A stretch of 38,284 nucleotides of DNA from Fonticula alba ATCC 38817 (Eukaryota; Protista; Nucleariida): NCBI GenBank assembly GCA_000388065.2, contig KB932201.1. The stretch is one strand, 5' to 3'. The notes beneath the pieces are model-generated. The model did not search any database, was not told where the DNA came from, and saw only the letters and a list, made by a program, of their open reading frames with translations. Both the position numbers and the translations under genes were made by a program. This document shows positions 7,201 through 17,937 of the stretch, piece by piece (position 1 is the stretch's first letter; each line of letters begins with the position of its first letter).

Positions 7201-9444
7201 GTGGTGGCCGGAACAGGGGCCCCCCTCGCCCGAAACACTTGGACCGGTGCGCGCAGACCACATGCACGGATGTTGAACGGCGTTTGTTTTGCCGAGGGCA
7301 GATAGACACAAATGTGCCGGACTGACGTTGAGGGCGGGGATGTGCGCTGTTGGCCCGTGCGCCATGCGTGCCTTTCCAAGTGGGCGACGCGCGGCCAGAG
7401 ATCAGCCACCGAAAGAGGGGCCTCTTGCCGAGCGACCGGGATTCCGGTCGTTGCCGGGGGTGGGGAGGGGGTGGCGCGGGGCGTCATGTTCGGTGAGGGC
7501 CGGAGGACGCTCGGCCAGGCTCGGGGCTCGGCCGTGGGGAGCACACCACCGGCCTCTTTATGCGAGTGCTCACGGAAGAAGGCGAGAGGGGAGGGAAGGA
7601 ACAGGCAAATGTCACAGGGGACGCCCTTTTTTTTTTAAGGGAGGCTGTCGTGTCGAAACCCGCTTCGGAAACCCCTCCGGAGGGGCAAATCCCGCAGGCC
7701 TGGAGAGGGATCATATCAAAAAGGGCCATTATTTATTCCCTGCCCCTCACTGAGCTGGATATATTCCGTAGGATGGGCCGCTGGGGGCCCCGGCGGCAAG
7801 GTGCTCCCCGCCCTTGCCCCGACCGGGGGGCCGGCCATGCCCCCAATGCGCTGGCAGTAGCTGGTTCTTGTCGCAGGTGCTGGGCCGGCCGGCCCGCGAC
7901 GCTTGTCTCATGGGCCCCGTGTTTGGGCCATTTGTTGGAGGATGCCCGGGGCCGGGCCGGGCCCCGGGGGCGGATGATGGCGAGTCGGGTGTTCCCAGAG
8001 GATGGTGTTTGCTTTTTCGCGCCGGTCGGAGCCCCAGCGGCGGGGCCCCGTGAGAAAGAATCATATCCGACTTGGCGCCCGACCGATCGGCCGCCGCGCG
8101 CTGGGATGCCCCTCGGGCGGATGCTCCCCGATGAGGGCGCGGCTCCGCGGGCCGGCCACCGGCGTGAGATCCGCCTCCTCCGGTCCTACCGGTGGGTGCT
8201 TTTGCCGGCAGGGGCCCTGCCCCATTGGATGATCATTCCCGAGCCAAGTCCCGGCTGCCGTTGTTCTCCGAGGCGGGCTTTTGCATGTGGCAAAGCCCCG
8301 CCCACCGCCGAGGCACATCCAGTTCTTTGGCCACCGCTGCGGTCAAGACCGACGCCACGAGCAACGCTGCCGGGCCTTTGCTTCGCCTGGGCTGGACTGC
8401 CTCGGGAGCCGGGGCCGAGGAAGGGAAGGTGCCCTGTCAGGCATGGCGGTCCCTGGCAGGCTCGAAAAAAAAAAAGGCCGAGTCCATGGTATGTGGCGAG
8501 TCGAACGCCGCGGGGTGCATTTCAACCGAGCAGGCTGCCTTGCGGCCGGAGACCCTGCCTGGGAAGATGCGCCCAGCATGTTGGCCTTGGCAAAGTGGCT
8601 GTCCTGCCAAGTGTCTGCGCGGTGTTTTCCCCCTCGGCCGGAGCCCCATCCCCTGGACTCTGTGCCCCTTGTCGCGTGCCTCTTCGCGTCCTCCCGGCTC
8701 CTGAGATGGGTTCACCTCCTGGATGATCCGGCCCCGGCGAGGTGTGATGCCGTCGAGGGCGTCCTTTGCCGGCCGGCCCATGCCGTCGAATGGCCGCGCT
8801 CGTCCGGCTCGTCCGAGAAAAGTTGCCCTCCTTTGCCTTGCCATGGGCCGCAACCTCGGCCGCCCACCGGACACACCGCCTCGCAGGAGCAGACATGGTG
8901 GTCTGCTGACGATGGTTTCACCGACCGGCCGGCTGGCCGGCCCACCGGCCTCCTGAGGCCCCGGCTTCGGACATTGTGGGGCCACGCGCGGCATGCTCGT
9001 GGGTGGCTGCTCGCGGTCGTGCAACCCCCCCCCCCTTATGTTTTGGTCAGCGTTGGTGTGATGTCCTGCGGCTGTCGGGAGGGCCCTTGCCCGATGGACC
9101 ATATGCCATCCTGTGTGAGGAGGCTCCGCATTTGAAGGACACATGGTCCATAACCTGTGCACCGAGCCGAGGGTCTGATTTGCCACGGGGACGGGCGGGG
9201 CGCGCCCTGTGCCCGGCCGGTCCCCGGACACTTCCCTGGCCACTGCCAGGTCCCCCTCCCCCCCCTGAGCGTGCTTTGATCCAGGTGTGGTCGCATTGTC
9301 GGAGCTGGGTGCTGCCCGCGAGGGGCATGCGCACACCTGGCCCCGAGCCGGTGCACCGATGTCCCGGTGTTGCCGGGTCCTAGCACGGAAAGCGCGGCGG
9401 CGTCCTTCGCCCGCCCCGCCCCTCGGCGGCATTGGCCGGACGTG

Positions 9445-9526
9445 CACACCCACCCACACACCCACGCCCACACCCACGCCCACACCCACGCCCACACCCA
9501 CGCCCACACCCACGCCCACACACACA
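9445..9526. repeat. (CACACCCACGCC)n 12-bp tandem repeat / CA-rich microsatellite
   Basis: About 5 perfect 12-mers with CA-rich flanks. Confidence 0.9.
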
Positions 9527-10846
9527 ATCCCCTCCCCAGTCGGGATCTTGGTTGCATGTGTGCCCACGGTCAAGCCCCATGTGGATCGCGTCGGGATGGT
9601 TGGTCGCTAAGAGCGCGCCGAGCCTGCCCGGGGGCTCGGAAGCTGCCGGTGGGCCACCTCCGCCAAGTGCCCTGGCTGCTGATCGATCGGCGAATGGCGG
9701 CCGTGCGGGCTGCCGGGGTGGCCTTCGCCGGAGCCAGCCCCAAGCCGCTGAGTGATTCCCCGCACACACACACACACACCTCGCAGGGGGCGGGGAAAGC
9801 GCCCCCCCCCCCCCCCCAGAATGCATGATGCACGGGGCCCGAGGCTTCGACCCGCGGAGCAGGCGTATGCAGGCCAGGGCGCCACAGGGGAAGGTGGCCG
9901 GGACAGCCGGCCGTGCTCTGGAGGCCCCCTCCTGGGAAAATGGGCCCCGTCCGTGTCGGCGGGCCGCGGGGTGCGCATCCGTGTGATGCGTTGGCACCGG
10001 GGGGCATGCTTGTCGCGGTCGAGACCAAGATGGCCCTCCGGAGTGCAGGTCCACTTGGGGCTGGGCGGAGAGGGGGGGGGGGGCGTTTTCCTTTCGCCAC
10101 GGGGGCCTTGCGAAGGGGGGCTCGCGCGCGGGCACCCGCCCGCGCATGGGCCAGGTCCCCCCTGCGGTCGGGGGGAATGTCGGCCCGAGGGCGGTCCGCC
10201 GGCGCCGAGGGAAAAAGTCTCCCCCTGCGGCCGAGGCGGGGGCCTGGCCGGGAAGGGTGCGGGCATCGAGAATTCCTCCTCGCCGAAGAGCCGATGGCCT
10301 TGGCGCCACGGGCCCGTGGCGGCTTCGGCAAACGGGGGAGCCCCGTTCGGCCGGGCATGGCGCGGCCCGATCCCGGGGCCCAGGGTGTCCAAGCTGCACC
10401 GGGGGTCTGGCCCCCTTCACTGGGCCCGGTGCGCGCCCCTGCAGAGCAACCGCGGCCCCGGAGCGATGACAAATGTGGGGGGTGGCCGCGCGGCGCCGTC
10501 TTGGCCGGCCGGCAGTCTCTCGGCCCCGATGGCGCCTGGCCGCCCCCCCCCAGCTGGCTGCGACCCAGTTCGGACCTCCCGCAGGATACTTGGGCATCGG
10601 CGCCCCCGGCCCCGGGGACAGAATGTCCCTCACATCTACTCGACTCCCCCCCCCCCTTCTTCCTCTCGCTGTCCCCTTGTCGCTTTCCCTTCCGCGCTCG
10701 CCCTCTCTCGGTCCCTGGCCCGTGGGTCCCCCCTTCGGAAAGAGCCCCTCTTCCCGACTCCTCCCCCCCCCCCCCCCCTCGAGCGGGGCATTTCTCCGAC
10801 ACCGGGCTGCCCTTGCCGCGGCCGCTGGGCGACGACGGACTCCGAA

Positions 10847-13800
10847 ATGAGCAGCTCGCCCTCGCCACCGAGCTCGCCGGAATTGAACCGACAGCCGGGC
10901 ATCCCGCTGGCGGACCTCGATGAGCGGCCTCCGGCCGCCACTCCCGGGCCGGCGGCCTCGACGAAGGGCGACCCGCCGGCCGCGTCGATCCCGATCTGGG
11001 AGTTATTTCGCTTCGCACGCAAGACGGACTTGGTCCTGATCGCGGTGGGGACCCTGGCGGCGGCCGTGCACGGGGCCCTGCAGCCGGTGTTTACCCTCAT
11101 CACCGGTGACATTGTCAATGCCTTTGGGGACCCGAATGCGGAGCTCGTACGGACGGTGGCCGAGCGGGTGGTGTGGTTCGCGGTGTTCGGGTTCATTTGC
11201 CTGGTGGCGGCCTATCTCCAAACGTCGAGCTTCATGTACACCTCCTATCGCCAGGCGACGCGGGTTCGGGAGCTGTACTTCCGGGCCCTGCTGCGGCAGG
11301 AGGCCGGGTGGTTTGACACGCAGAAGGAGGGGTCGGTGACGTCGCGCATCAATGCCGACATCATCCTGATGCAGGACGCCATCTCGGAGAAGTTCGGGGC
11401 ATTGGTGCAAAATGCGGCGCTCTTTGTGTCGGCCTTCTCGATTGCCTTTGTCCATTCCTGGCGCATGACGCTGGTGGTGGCCGGGCTGCTGCTGCCGCTG
11501 CTGCTGCTCTCGGGTGTCGTGTCTGGCCGGGTGCTTCGGGGCCTGGTGGCCGAGGGCCAGCATGCGCATGCGTCGGCCGGCGCCGTGGCCGAAGAGGTGT
11601 TCGGGGCCATGCGCACCGTGGCGGCCTTTGGCGGGGAGGTGCGCGAGCTGAGTCGCTATGCGCGGGCCCTGGCGCCGGCCGTGCGGACCGGCGAGCGTCG
11701 GGCCCACATCAATGGCCTGGGCATGGGCTTCATCTACCTGGTGACCTACTCCCTGTATGGGTTTGCCTTTTGGTATGGCTCGGGCCAGGTGAACCGGGGG
11801 CGCCTGGACACCGGGGAGGTGATCATCGTCTTCTTGACGGTGATGATGGCCTCGACTGCCATCGGGCAGGTGGGCCCGAGCCTGTCGAGCCTGGCGCAGG
11901 GGCTCGGCGCGGCGGCCGGCATCTTCGGGATCCTGGATCGCCGGCCGGCCATCGACAACCTGAGCGATGAGGGCCTGAAGCCGGAGACCGTGCTCGGGGA
12001 CTTGGCATTTGAGGATTTGCACTTTGCCTATCCCAGTCGCCCGGAGAGCCCGGTCCTGCGCGGGCTGAATCTGAATGTCAAGGCCGGCACCACGGTGGCC
12101 CTGGTCGGGCATTCGGGCAGCTGCAAGTCCACGCTCTTGCAATTGCTCGAGCGCTTCTATGACCCGGCGTCCGGGGCGGTGAAGCTGGATGGGGTGGATG
12201 TCCGGCGGCTGTCCATCCGATGGCTGCGGGGGACCCTGGCGCTGGTGCAGCAGGAGCCGGTGCTCTTTTCCGGCAGCGTGTCGGAGAATGTGCGCTTCGG
12301 CAAGCCCGGCGCCACGGATGCCGAGGTGGAGGCCGCCTGCCGGCTGGCCAATGCCCATGACTTTGTGACGCGTCTTCCGCAGGGGTACGCCTCGCAGGTG
12401 GGCGAGCGTGGGAGCCTGCTGTCGGGCGGGCAGAAGCAGCGCATCGCCATCGCCCGCGCGCTCATCTCCAATCCCAAGATCCTTCTCCTGGATGAGGCGA
12501 CGTCGGCGCTGGACACCCGGTCGGAGCGCGTGGTGCAGAATGCCCTGGACCGAGCGTCGAAGGGCCGGACGACGCTGGTCATCGCCCACCGGCTGTCGAC
12601 CATCCGCCATGCGGACCTGATTGTGGTGGTCGACGAGGGGGTCGTCGTGCAGCAGGGCACGCATGAGGAGCTCATGGCGGCCGGCGGCATGTATGCGGAT
12701 TTGGTCCTGTGCCAGGACATGGCCGAGAAGGCGGCCAGCATTTCCGACCCCCCTGGGTCGGATGTCGCCGGCGCCCTGGACGACGAGGACCCGGATGCCA
12801 TCGCGCCGGCGGAGGAGGACCCTTCGCTTGATGAGCTGCTCGATGTCAGCCCCCGGTCGGCGGGCGTGCGTCCGGCTCTGGCGAGCCGTCTTCCCCTGCC
12901 TTGCTCGCTCGGTTTGGTTCTTTTTGTCTGTCTGGTTCTTTTTGTCTGTCTGGTTCTTTTTTTTCTGTCTTGTTCTTATGCCTGTCTGTGTTTGCCTTTC
13001 CCCCCTTCCCCCTTGCCTCTCTTCCGATTTGCTGCGGTGCTTCGCATCGGCTTGTTGGCACGGCCTCCTGCTCCTCTTCCCCGCCGTCCCATCTGCTGGA
13101 TGCAGCGAAAGTACCAAAGCAGCCCGGTCTTCCGGGCATACATGCAATCCCGCGGGGACTGGCACTATATCCTGATGGCGGTGCTTGGGGCCGTGCTCTT
13201 CGGGGCCATCTACGCGCTGTATGCCTACTTTACGGCGGAAATGACGGAGACCCTGAACTTCAAGCGCGGGGCGGATCTCCGCGAGGCGGCCCTCCTCTGG
13301 GGCTTGGTGTATCTCGGCCTGGGGATATATGCCGCGGTGGCCAGCTACTTGATGAATGTCGGGCAGCTTGTGACGGCCGAGCGGGTGGCCGACCGGATGC
13401 GCAAGCGCACCTTCCAGGCCGTGGTGCGGCAGGAGCTGGCCTGGTTCGAGCGGCCGGAGAACGCCACCGGGGCCCTGGCGGCTCGGCTGTCGCTTTTCGC
13501 CGACAACGTCCAAGGCAGCATGGTCAGCTGGCTGACGGCCATCGTGGTGACCCTGACGACGGTGGTCGGGAGCCTGATCCTGGCGACGGTGTCCTGCTGG
13601 CGGCTGGGCCTGGTGGCGATGGCCTGCATGCCCTTTTCGCTGATGTGCGGCTATCTGTCGACCATGGCCACGGCAAGGCTCAATGACAAGGGCCGCCGGG
13701 CCTTCGAGCTGAGCGGCAACTGCGCGGTCGAGGCCATCACCAGCATTCGCACGGTGATGGCCTTGAATCGGCAGGAAGTCTTCGCCCGGCGGTTTTCCCA

Positions 13801-15035
13801 GGCCCTCCAGGGGCCGATGCGGGCCTGCTTGCGGAGCTCGCAGGTGCGTGGCCGGGGCCGGGTGTTTTTCCCTTCTTTTTTTTCGCCCCCCCCCCCCTCT
13901 CCCGGTGTGCGCCCCTGTGCAAGGCCGAGTGATGCTGACTCGCCATCGGGTATGCGGACCTCCTTGCCCTTCATTCTTGGGTGTGTCTCTCTTTCTGGTC
14001 TCCCAGCTGGTCGGCCTGGGGTTTGGCTTGGTGGATCCGATTTTCTACTTCATCTTTGCGCTGGCCTTCTGGTATGGTGCGCGCAATGTGGAGGCCGGGC
14101 TGTGCGACTTTTCGCAGGTCATCCGCGGCGTGTTCGCGGTGGTCTTCGGATCGACGACGGCCGGGCAGATCGCGGCCCTGGCTCCGGGGTATGCTCGCGC
14201 GCGGGGGTCGCTGGTGGCGCTCTTCCAGGTGATTGATCGCCAGCGGGCGATCGACCCGCTGGCCGGTGCTGGCCACGGGCAGGAGGGCCGGCCCACGACC
14301 CAGGGGTATGTGGAGTTCCGCGAGGTGCACTTCGCGTATCCCCGGCGCCCGAACCAGCTGATCCTGCGCGGGGTGAGCTTCACGGCGGAGCCCGGCCAGA
14401 CCGTGGCCCTGGTGGGGACTTCGGGGTCCGGGAAGTCGGCGCTGATTCGGCTGCTGGAGCGCTTCTATGACCCGACCGCCGGGCAGGTCCTGGTTGACGG
14501 GGTGGATGTGCGGGATATCCCGGTGGCGGACCTCCGCCGGGGCATGGGCCTGGTGCACCAGGAGCCGGTCCTCTTTGCCGGGACCATTCGCGAGAACATC
14601 CTCTACGGCCGGCCGGAGGCCACCGAGGAGGAGGTGCAGGAGGCGGCCGAGGCGGCCAGCGCCCATGCCTTCATCCAGGCCCTGGAGTCCGGGTACGACA
14701 CGGACGTCGGCATCCGGGGGGGCCAGCTTTCGGGCGGGCAAAAGCAACGCGTGGCCATCGCCCGGGCGATCGTCCGGAAGCCGAGCATCCTGCTGCTGGA
14801 TGAGGCGACATCGGCGCTGGACTCCGAGTCGGAGGCCATCGTGCAGGAGGCCCTCGACCGGGCCTCCAAGGGCCGGACGACGATCGTGGTGGCGCATCGG
14901 CTGGCGACCATTCGCCATGCGGACAAGATTGTGGTCATCGATCGGGGGGTGGTCGCGCAGCAGGGCACGCACGATGAGCTGATGGCCGCCGGCGGGGTGT
15001 ATTCCCAGCTGGTCAACCAGCAGCTGGCCCGGTAG
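10847..15035 (+). CDS. ABCB1: Full-length ABCB (MDR/P-glycoprotein-like) exporter, 1261 aa; exons 10847-12865, 13106-13843, 14007-15035
   Basis: TMD1-NBD1-TMD2-NBD2 order. WELFRFA..TD N-terminal motif, LSGGQKQRIAIARAL and LSGGQKQRVAIARAI signatures, ILLLDEATSALD Walker B twice, Q-loops and H-loops present. Two phase-0 GTGCGT...CAG introns (240 and 163 nt) join the frames. Start chosen as the Met before the conserved N-terminus. The symbol denotes the subfamily, not proven orthology. Confidence 0.93.
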
Positions 15036-15686
15036 CGCCGGTGTCCGACGTCCAGACGGCCCGGGGCGCGGCCGGCCATCCGTCGGCCTTTCGACAGGGG
15101 TCTCCCCCTCGGGCACACGGTCATCCGGGGGATGGGGCTTCGTGGCGGCGCATCCGCGAGGCGCAGGCAGCCGGGCCCGCCGGGCTTGTGACCGCTGTGC
15201 GGCGGTGCGGCGGCCCCGGCGGCGGCGGCGAGGGCCATAGCCCCAAGATGGGTGCTTGTGCGCTGGTCAATGGTGTGGGCAGTTCCGCGATTTGTTTGCC
15301 CGATGTCCTGCAGCATGCGCAAGGTGCGCCGGCAAGCTGCATCCCGGCGGATGTACACTTGGATGTGTGTGTCTGTGCGCGCGTGCGCGCACGGGTATCG
15401 ATGCGCCTGAGGGGACTCTTTCTCCCGCTCCAAATACACCCTGACCTCCGTTGAGTGTGATGCATGTCCCAGCCACACTGAGTGTTCGTCGAGACGGCCG
15501 GCTGAGAACCTTTCAGGGGTTGCTTTTATGCCACGTCGATGCCCGGGCCTGTGAGGGGGGGCGGGGGGGAAGGGGGAGGCCCTGTGGCTGGGCGATGTGT
15601 CCCTGGCGTTCGGAGGCGGCATGCGCCTTCGTTTGTGGCCAGGCAGAGCAGGGAAAGGCCCACGGGCGTCGCCTGTTTGTTTGTTT

Positions 15687-15717
<31 letters not shown>

Positions 15718-17724
15718 GCCGGAGCCGCGTGGGCAGGCCCCCCCCCGGAAAGGGGGATCTGTCTTGATGGCCGAGGCGGGTGTGTGCGGCCGATCGGCCG
15801 GGGGGAGGGGGGCGGAGGGGGGGGGGGGGGGGACGGCCGAACGAGGGGCACGGCCGGGCTTATGGGGGCCTCCCACCCGAGGGGTGCCGCCGTTCATGGC
15901 GTACCTTTCTCGGCCATGAGTCTGCCAAGGCACCCGGCGGCCTCCATTGTTGGACAGATGTGTCCGGAGGCGATTCCGGGGGCGGGCTTTTGAAAGTGCC
16001 CATGGATCATGTTTCTTGGGTTTCCTCGCCGGCTGGGCAAGAGCATGTGCCCATGCCAGCCAGTGGGTGATCCTGCCTCCGCGGCGAGTTTTGATGAAGG
16101 GTGTCCACCGGTGGCAGGGCCCCGGGGGGGGGGGGGCATGAGCTCGCGGCAGGTGGTCCCGCGTCGACACGGCATCGGGACCGGGGCTGGTATTTTTTGT
16201 CGGTGCCGCGTGCCGTCTGCCATGGATCGTATGTCGCCTGGCTGGCGGTGTGTCTATGTGTGTGTATGTATGTATGTATGTATGTGTGTGTGTGTGTTTC
16301 AGAAGGTGCTCTGGCTGAGGTGCAAATCGTCGTCGGGCTAGATGAGCATGAGTGGCTGCGCTGGTGCTCCGCAAGTCGGAGCCACAGGAAGAAGACGGGC
16401 TTTGTGCTCTTTTGGTGATGAAGCCCATGGGCTTCATGTGTCATGTTGCCCTTTGGCGACGACACGCGCCCGGACCGCGCGACCCCCATGGGCATCGGGA
16501 CCGAAGCACAGTCCTGGTCGAGGGACCGGTGGACCGATTGCCCGGGGGCCCGCCGAGGGCACGTCTAAAATGAGGGGCCTCGGGCACGGCCCGGGGGCGT
16601 CGACCTCGCCTCGGTGTCGACTCCGAGCGGGTGCATCGCGGTGCGGAGATGTGAGAAGCTCCGCTGGCTGGTGGAGCCCGGGGCGATCTTGCAGGCCCCC
16701 TGGCGGAGGCTTGCTGCCCGCGGCGAAAGTGCAGCCTGCCGATGTGTGCCTGGCAGCCGGCAGTGGCAAATAGGGTGGGCACCTTGCTTGTGGACTTCGT
16801 GAGCACGGCAAGGAGGGAGGGCTCGCCTTGTCAGTGAGATTCCGTGCCCCGGCGTGCTTGGCGATCGAGAGTTCCCGGGCTATGCTTGGCCCCGGGTGCC
16901 GAGCCGCAGGGCAAAGCAGAGCCAACTGGTCGCCCTGGACTGGCCGCCTCTCCGGCCGGGACAATATGCCGGGCGAGGGGCGGCCGAAGTCCCAAGAGGC
17001 GTGCGCCCAGGACGTTGGCGATGCATCGGCCCTGTGTGCGCGGCCTCCGAAGGAAATCGTCCGGTGAGCCGAATGGCAGGCTTCAAGGGCTGGCCTTGGG
17101 CAGCCGTGACTCCGAGAGCGCCACCCACACACGCGCACACTGACATGTGGGGATCCGGGTGATCGTGCGGTGTTCACCGGGACGATTGGTCCGACCCCCC
17201 CCCGTCCCCGAAACCCTTCTTGGCGCCCTCGTCCGGTGCCGAGGCGTCAGCCTTGAGAGCCGGGGCCGCGAGGCGGGAGGCGGCATCGGGCTCGCACGTT
17301 GGTACGTGGGTGAGATGGAGTTGGCACTTCATCGGGTCCTCCGCCGGCAGGAGTGGGATCTGTGTGTCCGCGTCTGGCGCTCCAAAGCGGGAGGAGGGTC
17401 CGGTTGCCCAGTCGGGGTGGGCGACCCCGGCCGGGATGCAGGACCGAATGGGCACGCCAACTCGGCTGCCCTGTGATGGGAGGCCGCGGGGATGGTCGGT
17501 GGACTGGCCCCCGTACTTGCCCTTTTGGAGGCCTGTATTGTGCGTGTGCGTGTGTGTACTCTTCCGGGAGCGTCCGGCGGTGTGCCTTGTCGCCGCCATG
17601 CGCTATTCCTCGGTCCGAGCGGGGGGACGAGCCGGGAACGGGGTGACAACAAACGGGCCCCCCTCGTATCATTTTCCTGCGCTTCAATGGGAGATTGGCG
17701 AGCGGGAACACTTCCCCGGCCCGG

Positions 17725-17739
17725 NNNNNNNNNNNNNNN
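17725..17739. other. Assembly gap (15 N) next to a poly-C tract
   Basis: N run followed by a C run. Confidence 0.99.
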
Positions 17740-17937
17740 CCCCCCCCCCCCCCCCCTCGAGCCGGTCCTCGACCAAAGAAAGGCCCCCAGCCAGGGGGGC
17801 GAGTCCGGAGCGCGCACATAGCAAGCACCTTCGTGGCCCCCACCCATTGCCCGATCTCCTTTCCCCTCCTACTTACCCTCCTTCTCTCTCTCTCTCTCTC
17901 TCTCCCTCTCTCTCCCCTCCCCCTCATTGCTGCAGCC

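Noticed and set aside
7700-7795. ELDIFRRMGRWG in ORF 7560-8726 recalls the DIRS-type tyrosine-recombinase GRW motif
   Set aside because: No HSxRxG box at the right spacing and no downstream Tyr; the rest of the ORF is low-complexity.
9752-10846. 365-aa N-terminal extension of the ABC ORF in the supplied track
   Set aside because: Low-complexity Gly/Pro/Arg sequence through microsatellites and poly-C; ABCB homology and coding-like bias begin at Met 10847.
11003-15116. Long minus-strand ORFs 11003-13513 and 13971-15116
   Set aside because: Antisense shadows of the GC3-rich ABC transporter.
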